Notes under the pieces: generated by a model
The model's input: the letters and a program-made list of their open reading frames with translations, nothing else
The model's database searches: none
What the model was told of the DNA's origin: nothing
Shown: in pieces, positions 35,478-44,411 of the stretch
How the letters are laid out: the number at the start of each line of letters is the position of its first letter
How positions within the stretch are numbered: position 1 is the first letter of the stretch
Assembly: GCA_031414375.1 (NCBI GenBank)
Contig: JANNVJ010000137.1
Span: 22,780 to 86,779 of the forward strand
DNA length: 64,000 nt
Direction of reading: 5' to 3'
DNA from: Haliea sp.
GTDB lineage: Bacteria; Pseudomonadota; Gammaproteobacteria; Pseudomonadales; Halieaceae
Program-made: the position numbers and the translations under genes

Positions 35478-35858
35478 ATGCGAATTATTTTCGTGTTGTT
35501 TTTTTTGATGGCCAATATAGCGCACGCCGAGGTTTTTAAGTGCGTTGATGAATCAACAGGTAAAACCACATTCACCGACACGGCGTGTCCTGACAAGCGT
35601 GCTGGAAATTATATTCCTGTTAGAACTGCAAATGGCGATTCTGGATCTGCCGCCGACCTTATTGAATATCAGCGCCAAGAAAACGAGGCGTTGCGCGCCC
35701 AGTTAGCTGAACAAAAGACCCCGCGGAAACTGACCAGAAAGGAAAGGGATGATCTTTTGAGACAGAAGCTAATTCTCCAAGAAAAGCGCACCACAAGAAC
35801 AACCTGCCACAGTGATAGCTATCGTTACGGCATTTCCACACAATGCACAACGCGCTGA
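35478..35858 (+). CDS. Secreted DUF4124-like protein
   Basis: Signal peptide, then AEVFKCVDESTGKTTFTDTACP; RBS AGGGAG. Confidence 0.7.
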   Translation: MRIIFVLFFLMANIAHAEVFKCVDESTGKTTFTDTACPDKRAGNYIPVRTANGDSGSAADLIEYQRQENEALRAQLAEQKTPRKLTRKERDDLLRQKLILQEKRTTRTTCHSDSYRYGISTQCTTR

Positions 35859-35864
35859 TCAAAT

Positions 35865-36095
35865 ATGCCTAAAGAACAAAGCCTTGACTCTCAAACCGCA
35901 ATTGCACTTACCGCCTTGGCGTCCGCTCTTGTTCGCCAGTCCTCAATCGACGGGCAAAAACTGCGAATGGATTTTTTAGACATCCTCGAAGGGCTTTGCG
36001 GAGGCCCTGAAAATGTGGGGGAAGTTGGACAGGGTGCCGCTCTGTTGATGCAGCGCTTTCTTGCAACCGACGCAGATAATCCTCCACCTGTTTGA
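35865..36095 (+). CDS. Hypothetical protein (76 aa)
   Basis: Third gene of the cI-downstream cluster. Confidence 0.5.
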   Translation: MPKEQSLDSQTAIALTALASALVRQSSIDGQKLRMDFLDILEGLCGGPENVGEVGQGAALLMQRFLATDADNPPPV

Positions 36096-36168
36096 CATAT
36101 AGCTCCACCTTCGTGTCACTCATGTAATCCGCCCTCTGATTTAATCCCAAGATCAGTATATTTAATAT

Positions 36169-36212
36169 ATTTAGCAAATGCTATTGACTGAATATTTATC
36201 ATTTGCTAAATT
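36169..36212 (+). promoter_or_regulatory. oL/pL: two operators overlapping a near-consensus sigma70 promoter
   Basis: ATTTAGC-AAAT-GCTATTG (36169), ATTTATC-ATTT-GCTAAAT (36194); TTGACT(36184)-17-TAAATT(36207). Confidence 0.85.
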
Positions 36213-36255
36213 TACCCAAGTCGGCGCCATCGGAGGCCCGGTAAGGGAGAGAAAA

Positions 36256-36429
36256 GTGGACAACACTCAAAGGGTCAGTGACCCAATCTGCAACAAATGC
36301 AATCAACCCTGCAATGTTCGGATTGTCGAGGAACCCACCTACGACAACGGCATAACGGTGTTTTACCAGGAGGTTGGTGTTTCCTGGTGCTGTGGTGCCG
36401 ATTACTCGAAAGCGGGGGTGGCAGCATGA
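36256..36429 (+). CDS. Small Cys-rich protein, first gene of the pL operon
   Basis: GTG start after GGGAG; CNKC...WCC. Confidence 0.55.
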   Translation: MDNTQRVSDPICNKCNQPCNVRIVEEPTYDNGITVFYQEVGVSWCCGADYSKAGVAA

Positions 36430-36632
36430 TCGCGCGCACCGTGGAATCCCAAGGGAATTACTGGCTCGCCTCGGGGGAAGCCTATGGCCGCCCCATTCTT
36501 GCGGAGGGCATTGACCGGCCCGAAGCAATCAAGAACTGGGTAAGTGCAGCAGCCGAGCGCCAGGCGGAAGTAATGGCTGTCGAGAGTGGCCAGCGGGCAT
36601 TTAACAGGGTTATGGGTTTTATCAACAGCTAA
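36426..36632 (+). CDS. Hypothetical protein (68 aa)
   Basis: ATGA-coupled; MIARTVESQGNYW. Confidence 0.55.
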   Translation: MIARTVESQGNYWLASGEAYGRPILAEGIDRPEAIKNWVSAAAERQAEVMAVESGQRAFNRVMGFINS

Positions 36633-36642
36633 GGGGAATTTT

Positions 36643-37629
36643 ATGTCAGCACAAGAAACAGGACTAGTCAGTATTGAGCCGGTAGCGTTTAACAATTCCA
36701 TCGGCGGCCTGCTGATGAATCCAGTGGCCATGCACGAACTGGAAAAGATAGCCAATCGCATGGCAACGGCGAAGATTACGGTGCCGAAACACCTTGTTGG
36801 TAATGAAGGAGACTGCTTTGCCATCGTCCTGCAAGCGGTCCAGTGGGGAATGAACCCTTATGTGGTGGCAGGGAAAACCCATGTGATAAATGGCGTGATG
36901 GGTTACGAAGCGCAGCTGGTCAATGCTGTCGTCAACTCTGCCGGAGTCACCACTGGGCGCATCAACTACGAATGGTTCGGTGATTGGACCAAGGTGATGG
37001 GCAAATTCAAAGAGGTCGAAAGCAGGTCCAAAAAAGACAATGACACCGGCCAGCCCCTGAAATACCGCGTACCAGACTGGAAGATTGCCGACGAGCAGGG
37101 TTTGGGTATCCGCGTGTTTGCCACCATGAAGGGCGAAAGCGCGCCGCGCGTTTTGGAACTGTTGTTGACCCAGTGCCGGGTGCGCAACTCCCCTTTGTGG
37201 GCAGACGATCCGCGTCAGCAAATTGCCTACCTGGGCGTAAAGCGCTGGACGCGCCTGCACTGCCCCGATGTGCTGCTGGGGGTTTATACGCCCGATGAAC
37301 TGGAGCCAGAAATTGGCGAGCGCGATGTATCTCCTGCTGCCACCAGGGCGGAACCGGCGAAAGCTGAACTCAAGACCTACAACGACACAGAGTTTGAAAA
37401 AATGCTGCCGACGTGGCGCGGGATCATCGAGAAGAAAAAGAAAACAGCCCAAGGCGTCATTGCTTGGCTGTCTGATGTGGCCATTCTGACCGACGCGCAA
37501 ATTCAGAAAATCCGCGATCTTGAGCCCATTTTAGGCGTAGCGGAAGTAGTCGATAGCGCTAAGGTCGTGACAGATCCCGTCTTCACCGATTCAACTGTGC
37601 AGGAGTTTTTCGAAAATGAAAACACTTAA
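36643..37629 (+). CDS. recT: RecT-family single-strand annealing protein
   Basis: VPKHL.GNEGDC.AIVLQAVQWGMNPY.VA.KT..ING..GYEAQLVNAV; QQIAYLGVKRWTRLHCPDVLLGVYTPDE. Confidence 0.85.
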   Translation: MSAQETGLVSIEPVAFNNSIGGLLMNPVAMHELEKIANRMATAKITVPKHLVGNEGDCFAIVLQAVQWGMNPYVVAGKTHVINGVMGYEAQLVNAVVNSAGVTTGRINYEWFGDWTKVMGKFKEVESRSKKDNDTGQPLKYRVPDWKIADEQGLGIRVFATMKGESAPRVLELLLTQCRVRNSPLWADDPRQQIAYLGVKRWTRLHCPDVLLGVYTPDELEPEIGERDVSPAATRAEPAKAELKTYNDTEFEKMLPTWRGIIEKKKKTAQGVIAWLSDVAILTDAQIQKIRDLEPILGVAEVVDSAKVVTDPVFTDSTVQEFFENENT

Positions 37630-39304
37630 TGTAAAAGTGGGTAGTGACGAATGGCTGGCCGCTCGCGTCGGTCGCCGCACCAGCTCCATGGCTCCTATCA
37701 TCATGGGCTACGGAAAGAAATCACGCAACGAACTGTTACGCATGACGGCAACTGGCGACGAGGAAGAATTCTCGCGGTGGACGCTAGAGGTCTTATTTGC
37801 GAACGGCCACAAAGTTGAGGCGTTGGCCCGGCCTATCGTTGCAGCAAGGATTGGCGAGGAACTGGCCGCAGTGACAGGGACCACCGATGACGATTATTTA
37901 CTGGCGTCTTTCGATGGTATCGACATAGGCGAAACATTGGTATGGGAATGCAAGCAATGGAATGAAGAAAAGGCTGCATTGGTCCGTGACGGAATCATTC
38001 CCAAGGTCGATTACTGGCAGTGCGTACACCACTTCATTGTCTCTAGTGCGGAAAAGCTCTTGTACTCGGTAACAGACGGCACAGAGGAAAAGTATGTCGA
38101 TTGCTATCTGCTCGCATCTGACGCCGCAGAAGATATGCAAACACTGATGGCCAACTGGAAACAGTGGGATATTGATCTGGCTGCGTATGTCCCGGAGGAA
38201 GTGAAGCCGGTACTGATGGGCCGCACACAAGAATCTTTGCCCGCCCTGCTGGTGGAAGTGACCGGCATGGTGACAAGCTCAAACCTGGCGGCATTCAAAG
38301 AAATCGCCATGGCCAAAATCCAGAGCATCAATCTCGAACTACATACCGATCAGGACTTTGCTGATGCCGCAGAGGATTTAAAGTGGTTCGACCGCGTGGA
38401 AACGAACCTCGAAGATTGTAAAACCAAGGCGCTGGCGCAAACCCAGTCAATCGAAGCGCTTTTCAATACCGTGGATTCTCTCAAGGCCGAGTCCCGCACA
38501 AGGCGCTTGGCGCTGGAAAAACTGGTTGAGGCGCGCAAGAAGTCGGTTCGCGGCGAAATCTTTAACGCCGGAGTTGCGGCATTAAGGGCCGCGATCCAGC
38601 AGGCCAATGCGTCACTTCTGTCATCTGTCCTGATTGCGGACCGTGAAGTGCCAGTGGACTTTGCCGCCGCGATGAAGGGTAAGCGCAATATTCAGTCGTT
38701 GCATGATGCCGTCGAGCAGGCCCTGGCCTCGACCAAGATCAAGATTGGCGAACTGGCCGCCATGATCCACGCGAACATGATCCATCGAGAGGAGGATCGG
38801 AACACCTATCAATTCCTGTTCAACGACATTCTGGAGCTGTCGCGCCAGGCACCGCAGCATTACCGCCAAATCTTCGACGGCCGTATCACCCAGCACCAGG
38901 CCGAGCAGCAGCGCAAGGAGGATGAACAGCGGGAGCGTATCCGGATTGAAGAAGAACAAAAGGCCCGCGATAAAATTGCTTTGGAAGCCAAACAGCAGGC
39001 AGACGAAGCGGCCCGTATAGCCCGCGAGGATGAACGCAAGCGCAACACCGAGGCTATGAAGCAGGCACAGGTTGACGCGAAACAACAGGAGCCGGAAGGC
39101 AGTCCGGCGCCACCCCCTGTGCTGGTTACTGAGTCGGCGCCTGCCCAAGCGCACGGCGTTCAGGGCCTATACATCCCGGAGGCATCATTCGAGGAAACTC
39201 TTGCGAAATGGGCGCGCGCGCATTGCATTACTGATACAGCGCTGCAGCATCTGAAAAGCATTTTGCAGGTCTACGGAATAATCAAAGAAACGGAGGCTGC
39301 ATAG
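37616..39304 (+). CDS. YqaJ-like exonuclease with a long coiled-coil C-terminus
   Basis: W...R....TSS, GH.VE..AR, LLASFDG, WECK, YWQC motifs. Confidence 0.85.
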   Translation: MKTLNVKVGSDEWLAARVGRRTSSMAPIIMGYGKKSRNELLRMTATGDEEEFSRWTLEVLFANGHKVEALARPIVAARIGEELAAVTGTTDDDYLLASFDGIDIGETLVWECKQWNEEKAALVRDGIIPKVDYWQCVHHFIVSSAEKLLYSVTDGTEEKYVDCYLLASDAAEDMQTLMANWKQWDIDLAAYVPEEVKPVLMGRTQESLPALLVEVTGMVTSSNLAAFKEIAMAKIQSINLELHTDQDFADAAEDLKWFDRVETNLEDCKTKALAQTQSIEALFNTVDSLKAESRTRRLALEKLVEARKKSVRGEIFNAGVAALRAAIQQANASLLSSVLIADREVPVDFAAAMKGKRNIQSLHDAVEQALASTKIKIGELAAMIHANMIHREEDRNTYQFLFNDILELSRQAPQHYRQIFDGRITQHQAEQQRKEDEQRERIRIEEEQKARDKIALEAKQQADEAARIAREDERKRNTEAMKQAQVDAKQQEPEGSPAPPPVLVTESAPAQAHGVQGLYIPEASFEETLAKWARAHCITDTALQHLKSILQVYGIIKETEAA

Positions 39305-39306
39305 CC

Positions 39307-39879
39307 ATGATACTTATGCCATTCGACACGGAAACAACCGGCTTGCCGGACTGGAAAAACCCTTCTGAGGCCGAGAACCAGCCACATATCGTGCAACTGG
39401 CGGCGCTATTGGTAGATGAAAGCGGCGAGATTATCGACTCCATGGATGTGATCGTAAAGCCGGACGGCTGGTTGATCCCTGCCGACACCATTGCTATCCA
39501 CGGTATCTCAAACGAGCGCGCCCAAGACGAGGGCATTCCAGAAGAAGATGCCCTGCGGCAGTTTATTGGCTTGTTTCTGCGCTGCGACTTGCGGGTGGCT
39601 CATAACACGACATTCGATAACCGGATTATCCGGATCGCCATGAAGAGATATTGCCCTGACCTGATTTCAGACGAGGTTTGGAAAGACAAAAACCTCTACA
39701 GCTGCACCCTGTTTGCGGCCAAGAAAATCATGGGCGGATCCAGAGGCCACACGCTGCCGGAGGCTTACCAGCACTTCACCGGTAAAACACTGGAAGGCGC
39801 TCACAACGCCATGGTGGACACGAAAGCGTGTCTGGAAATCTACCAGGCCATCCAGCAACAACAGAAGAAGGTCGCATAG
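39307..39879 (+). CDS. DEDDh 3'-5' exonuclease (DnaQ-like)
   Basis: FDTETTGL, AHNTTFD, HNAMVD motifs. Confidence 0.9.
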   Translation: MILMPFDTETTGLPDWKNPSEAENQPHIVQLAALLVDESGEIIDSMDVIVKPDGWLIPADTIAIHGISNERAQDEGIPEEDALRQFIGLFLRCDLRVAHNTTFDNRIIRIAMKRYCPDLISDEVWKDKNLYSCTLFAAKKIMGGSRGHTLPEAYQHFTGKTLEGAHNAMVDTKACLEIYQAIQQQQKKVA

Positions 39880-39881
39880 CT

Positions 39882-40394
39882 ATGAACGTATTCTGCTTCA
39901 ATGGATTTTTGGGCCAAGACGCCGAGACTCGATTTACTCCGGACGGAAAGCCGGTTGTCAGTTTCAGTGTTGCCTCTACCGCTGGTTATGGCGACAAGCA
40001 GAAAACTACTTGGATTCGCTGCAACGCCTGGGGCGAACGCTACCAGAAGATAGCCGGATATTTGCTCAAGGGCAAAAAGATCACCGTGACTGGCGAGTTT
40101 TCGCAGCGGGAATGGCAGGACAATTCCGGCGCTACCAAATACAGCTGTGAGGTGCGGGTGAATGACCTTGATTTGCCTCCGCGCTCCGATCAAGACGGCG
40201 CAGGGCAGGCCTATCAGCAGGCACCCCAGCAGCAGAGCGACCACGGCCAGCAGCGGAGTCAGAACACTGGCGGGCAGTCAGCGAATCGGCAGCAGTCAGG
40301 CGGACCACCGGCAACTGATCCAAATGACTTTGGCGGATTTGGTGATATGGAGGACATCCCGTTCTCGAATTACGAGTACCGGACCTGGGCATGA
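39882..40394 (+). CDS. ssb: Single-stranded DNA-binding protein
   Basis: GFLGQDAETRFT, YLLKGKKITVTGE, Gln-rich linker, DMEDIPF tip. Confidence 0.95.
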   Translation: MNVFCFNGFLGQDAETRFTPDGKPVVSFSVASTAGYGDKQKTTWIRCNAWGERYQKIAGYLLKGKKITVTGEFSQREWQDNSGATKYSCEVRVNDLDLPPRSDQDGAGQAYQQAPQQQSDHGQQRSQNTGGQSANRQQSGGPPATDPNDFGGFGDMEDIPFSNYEYRTWA

Positions 40395-40840
40395 AAATCT
40401 GTCCGAAATGTGGCGTACCCAAGCCGCTGGAAATGTTCTACAAGAACAATCGGACTATTACGGGCCGTGATTTATCCAAATGCAAAGATTGCGCGAAAGC
40501 CGGAGTCAGGAAGAATCGTTTGGAAAATATAGACCGATACCGCGAATACGATAGGGCCAGAGGGGCAAGAACGCCAGACTCCTATCAGCGCGAATATCGT
40601 GAGCAGAATAGGGAGAAATATGTGGCACAAACCGCTGTTTCTAACGCAGTGCGTGACGGTCGGCTTACCAAGCCGGACAGATGCAGTCACTGTCATATGG
40701 TTGGCGAAGTTGAGGGCCATCACCCTGATTACTCAAAACCCCTGTCCGTGGTGTGGCTATGCGCGGCCTGTCACAAACAATTACACGCTCTGCTCAGAAC
40801 GCTCGAAAAGGCAAAGGACATGATGCAGCAAAGCGCTTAA
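40391..40840 (+). CDS. HNH-type nuclease with Zn fingers
   Basis: CPKC...CKDC; CSHC...EGHHPDY...WLCAACHKQLH. Confidence 0.75.
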   Translation: MKICPKCGVPKPLEMFYKNNRTITGRDLSKCKDCAKAGVRKNRLENIDRYREYDRARGARTPDSYQREYREQNREKYVAQTAVSNAVRDGRLTKPDRCSHCHMVGEVEGHHPDYSKPLSVVWLCAACHKQLHALLRTLEKAKDMMQQSA

Positions 40841-40964
40841 AGAACCTGCTTCGGCAGCAGCTGTCAGACGGTCGGCTGTCCACCGATCCGCCTGGTAATC
40901 CCCGACACGGAGTTTCGGCCGCTCCACCAGCGAAAGGCCTTTAATTCTAATCAGGAGTGAGAGC

Positions 40965-41345
40965 ATGGAACTTGAAATATCGAAAGACGGCTTCATTGCC
41001 GCACTGCGCACGCTTGAAGGTGGCGCGCTAATTGAGGAACTGGATCGCGGTTTGATTGAGTGCGTCCAGGCTATCCAAGAACGCGGCGGCAAGGCCGAGA
41101 TTAAGTTGAGCATTATGGTTGGCAGGATTCCGGGGACGGCTACCGCTGTCTCTGTGTCCTCCGATGTAGTAACCAAAGTGCCGAAGGAAGACCGTTCCAG
41201 CAAGGTGCTGTTCGTCACCCCTGGCTACGGACTTACCCACCAGCACCAGGAGCAGGAGGAATTTGATCTGGGCCTGCCGTTGGTCCAAAAAACCGCACCA
41301 CTTACCCCAGTATCTCACATAGGAGTAGATAATAATGTCGGATAA
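40965..41345 (+). CDS. YfdP-like phage protein
   Basis: Directly upstream of the DUF2303 gene, the usual pairing. Confidence 0.55.
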   Translation: MELEISKDGFIAALRTLEGGALIEELDRGLIECVQAIQERGGKAEIKLSIMVGRIPGTATAVSVSSDVVTKVPKEDRSSKVLFVTPGYGLTHQHQEQEEFDLGLPLVQKTAPLTPVSHIGVDNNVG

Positions 41346-42156
41346 AACCGAATACAACGCAGCGTTCGACCATGGGCGTCAGGCGCAATTTGTTACCCAA
41401 TTGGTTGAGGGCGTCACCCACATATTAGTGCCTGGTGACTGTAATTTGCAGTCCATGGAAAAACTGCTGCCAGCACCGCGAAGGATTGTGGCAAATCCCG
41501 AGTTTTACGATGTGGACGGCTTTGCCGACTACGCCAAAGAGTTCAAGAGCGATGGCACGCGGATATTTGTGGATCAGGAGCAGCGCCGCTTCTTCACCAT
41601 CTTCGATTTCCACGCACCCGGCCAGCCAGCTTGGGGCGATCACTCCGCATCCTTGGCCGTGAAGCTGTCGCCAGAATGGGAGCGCTGGAAAAAGATTGAC
41701 GGTAAGCAGTTGGAGCCGCAGGAACTGGCCGAATGGCTGGAGGATAACCTTGAGTACGTCATGGGTCCGGTGGGTGGTAGCGAACTGCTGGATATGGCGC
41801 AAAACCTCAAAGTGACTCTGAAAGGCAATTTGCAGATCGACCAAACCCTGCAGGCCGGGCTGCGAACACTGCAGATCAAAGATGAAAGCACACTTGCCGG
41901 GAAGTCGGGCGGAAAGGATTTGTCTTTCCCGGAGCGGGTAGACCTGGCGTTGCGCATCTACGATCACGGCGATACCTACCCCATCAAGGTCTACCTACGA
42001 TACCGAACCGCGACCGATTCCGTGGTGTTCTTCTTCAAGATCCCGGATCCGGAGCGCCTGGAAGAACAGGCTTTTGATTTGATCGTTTCAAAAGTCAGGG
42101 AAGCCACTGAACTGAAAACCCTGAAAGGGAAGTTCTCGGGGCCACGGCACAAATAA
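41335..42156 (+). CDS. DUF2303 (YfdQ-like) protein
   Basis: IFDFHAPGQPAWGDH, ELAEWLEDN, FPERVDLALRIY motifs. Confidence 0.8.
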   Translation: MSDKTEYNAAFDHGRQAQFVTQLVEGVTHILVPGDCNLQSMEKLLPAPRRIVANPEFYDVDGFADYAKEFKSDGTRIFVDQEQRRFFTIFDFHAPGQPAWGDHSASLAVKLSPEWERWKKIDGKQLEPQELAEWLEDNLEYVMGPVGGSELLDMAQNLKVTLKGNLQIDQTLQAGLRTLQIKDESTLAGKSGGKDLSFPERVDLALRIYDHGDTYPIKVYLRYRTATDSVVFFFKIPDPERLEEQAFDLIVSKVREATELKTLKGKFSGPRHK

Positions 42157-42233
42157 CAGGCTTACCCTGGCGGGAAAGAAGAATCCCCCTGTTGCCGGTG
42201 TCCCAGCTACCGCCAGTTTTTATAGGAACAGAA

Positions 42234-42587
42234 ATGAAAGAAGCAAAAGATCATAGTCGATGCTCGCCGGAGGGTGCAATTGCCGGCAAGGCTTTGGTTC
42301 GCCTTACTGATCCAGCGATTGCTGAACTTGTTGCAGAAGGAGAGGCCGATGATCGGTGTCCGACATGCGCGTTTAGAGAGGGCACTGTTCCCAATATGTG
42401 TCTACAGACTCAAGCTGACGCAATTAAGGCCGTCATAGAAGATGTTTTATTCACATGCCACCACAAAAAGCCAATCGGATCACATGTGTGTCACGGCTGG
42501 TTTGCTGCCAGGTATGCGTTACGAAACAATCCGGGCGGGGCAAAAAAGGTGCCGTGGGAATTTTCGGCCCCGGATGATGCTCAGTGA
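42234..42587 (+). CDS. Cys/His-rich hypothetical protein
   Basis: Start re-called to MKEAKDH after AGGA; CPTCAF, FTCHH, CHGW. Confidence 0.6.
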   Translation: MKEAKDHSRCSPEGAIAGKALVRLTDPAIAELVAEGEADDRCPTCAFREGTVPNMCLQTQADAIKAVIEDVLFTCHHKKPIGSHVCHGWFAARYALRNNPGGAKKVPWEFSAPDDAQ

Positions 42588-42593
42588 AGCGAT

Positions 42594-42782
42594 ATGCTCC
42601 TTAATACCGACGACCTAAAAAAGTGGCTCGGCTACAAGCGCAAGGCCGATGTAATAAATTGGCTGGATAAGCGCGGTATCGGCTGGCAGTTCGGCCACAA
42701 TAAGGAAATCTGCACTACACTGGATGCTGTGACGCATGGCATTGAAGCCACTGAGAAGCGCACACCAGCGAGGTTTGGGTAG
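42594..42782 (+). CDS. Excisionase-like protein (DUF4224-like)
   Basis: LNTDDLKKWLGYKRKADVINWLDKRGI; directly upstream of the integrase. Confidence 0.7.
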   Translation: MLLNTDDLKKWLGYKRKADVINWLDKRGIGWQFGHNKEICTTLDAVTHGIEATEKRTPARFG

Positions 42783-43819
42783 TGGGACGCAAGCGTAGGC
42801 GCATCAATGAGAACCTGCCCAAATACGTTTACAGGAAGCGTGATGGGTATATATTCCGGCCCTACCTCGGGACAGAGGATGGAAAGGCTGTATTCGGTAA
42901 GGATCTGTACCTGTGCGGCAAGGATGCCAGCTCTGCCAAAGTATGGGCTGCGTTCGAACAGGCGACCGGGGTAAAAACCAATACCCTGCGCTGGCTACTG
43001 AAACAGTACCACGCAAGCCATGAGTTCCAAAAGCTGGCCCCGCGCACCCAAAAGGATTACAACGGCTTTCAGGAAAAGCTATTGAATCGCCCACTGAAAG
43101 ACGGGGCATTGTTCGGTGATGCGCCTTTCAATGATATTGATATGTTCACTATTCGCCAATATTTGAAAACCTACCGGGACAAAAATGACAGACTGGCACC
43201 TGTTGCCGCCAATCGCCATATCCAGTATCTCAAGGCTGGCTGGAATGTCGTGTTGCAGATCTGCCAGAACGTGCCAGCCAATCCCTGCATGGGCGTCACA
43301 CTGAACAGTGAGGAGGCGCGCACCCGACTAGTCACCCCCGCAGAATACGGCGCGGCCCACGGGCTCGCTACGGGCTATCTGGCGATCATGATGGAACTGG
43401 CCTACCTATGCCGTGCCCGACGCGGAGAAATCACAGCCCTGCGCCGCAGCGACGAGACAGAAGATGGATTGCGCCTGGTCAGGTCAAAGGGCAGCGAGGG
43501 CGAGATAACCGCCTGGTCGCCGCGGTTGCGTGCCGCGGTAGACGCCGCAAAGGCATGGAACCCTGGCGCGCCCAGCCCCATTGGGGGAGGTTATCTGCTA
43601 CATGACAAGGCGGGCCAGCCAATCAAGAAGAACGCCTTTGACTCTGCCTGGCGCCGACTGATGGATAAAGTGACCGCTGCCGGGGTTGATCCGTTTACTT
43701 TCCATGATCTGAAAGCCATGGGCTACAGCTCAATGGATAAGCAATTTGCGGGGCACCGGTCCGCCAAAATGCACAAAACCTATAACCGAAAACTACAGAT
43801 AGTTGAGCCGCCAGCATGA
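42782..43819 (+). CDS. int: Tyrosine integrase
   Basis: ARRGE, HDLKA, AGH and C-terminal Tyr (TYNRK); ends ~105 bp from the att core. Confidence 0.92.
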   Translation: MGRKRRRINENLPKYVYRKRDGYIFRPYLGTEDGKAVFGKDLYLCGKDASSAKVWAAFEQATGVKTNTLRWLLKQYHASHEFQKLAPRTQKDYNGFQEKLLNRPLKDGALFGDAPFNDIDMFTIRQYLKTYRDKNDRLAPVAANRHIQYLKAGWNVVLQICQNVPANPCMGVTLNSEEARTRLVTPAEYGAAHGLATGYLAIMMELAYLCRARRGEITALRRSDETEDGLRLVRSKGSEGEITAWSPRLRAAVDAAKAWNPGAPSPIGGGYLLHDKAGQPIKKNAFDSAWRRLMDKVTAAGVDPFTFHDLKAMGYSSMDKQFAGHRSAKMHKTYNRKLQIVEPPA

Positions 43820-43834
43820 CAACTTACAGTATTT

Positions 43835-44078
43835 TTTTGGCCGCACCTACCCAAATCGTACTGTATGGGCAATCAGTGCAGAATGCTGGAAACCAGCGGA
43901 AAGCCACTGGTAGCAAGGGTTGTAGTGGTGCGCCTGACACGATTCGAACGTGTGACCGCCTGGTTCGTAGCCCGACAGACAATCCCCGTATATCAACGTG
44001 TTGCCCCCTCTTTTTTTGGCCAATCTTGCCCGCTTTGACCGGTTTTATCAATAACTTGCGGACTTATTTTGGCCGCAC
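43835..44078 (+). repeat. Direct repeats flanking the att core (candidate integrase arm-binding sites)
   Basis: TTTTGGCCGCAC at 43835 and 44067; TTTTTTTGGCCAATC at 44011. Confidence 0.6.
43926..43972 (-). other. att core: 3' half of a tRNA-Arg(ACG); not a complete tRNA gene
   Basis: Minus strand GG-CTACGAA-CCAGG-CGGTC-ACACG-TTCGAAT-CGTGT-CAGGCGC-ACCA; upstream sequence does not supply the 5' half. Confidence 0.9.
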
Positions 44079-44153
44079 TTTTCACCAACAAAATAACTGG
44101 GCGAAAAAATTCCGCCCAACTGGATTGGCATGAATTATGACAGGAGACAAGCA

Positions 44154-44411
44154 ATGACAGTGACCGCTAAAGAAAAAGACCCCATACCCGAAAGGTGGCA
44201 TTGGGCAGATGTGGATTGGAACAACTCGAACGCCCATGCACAAATCTTGAGGGAGCACATCGCCGCGCTGGAGAGGGTGGCAGAGGTAATGATTGACACA
44301 CTCGCGCCAGACAGGGTACCAGTCCATGAGTTATCGCTGGCAGTTAGAACGATTCGCAAGCCCATCATTAACGCACTCCGCGCAGCGGGCTATCTAGGAG
44401 GTGGGGAATGA
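44154..44411 (+). CDS. Hypothetical protein
   Basis: RBS AGGAG; start re-called to MTVTAKEK. Confidence 0.55.
   Translation: MTVTAKEKDPIPERWHWADVDWNNSNAHAQILREHIAALERVAEVMIDTLAPDRVPVHELSLAVRTIRKPIINALRAAGYLGGGE

Larger units (their letters stand above)
1..43972. mobile_element. Temperate phage/prophage A: podovirus-type (933W/F116-like) virion genes plus lambdoid early region; left end beyond the window
   Basis: Continuous gene order att-int-xis-recombination-cI/cro-rep-nin-Q-lysis-terS-terL-portal-scaffold-capsid-tail-ejection proteins; no tape measure in this module. Confidence 0.93.

Noticed and set aside
36664-37500. 278-aa minus-strand ORF
   Set aside because: Antisense shadow of recT.
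40865-40945. HDV-like (theta) ribozyme
   Set aside because: It has a GCGAA-like segment and several stems, but I could not build the required P3/L3/P1.1 nested pseudoknot; kept only as a generic structured-RNA lead.
43926-43972. Functional tRNA-Arg gene
   Set aside because: Only the anticodon loop to CCA is present. Upstream bases (TCGGG) cannot pair with CCAGG, and there is no D-arm or 5' acceptor strand.
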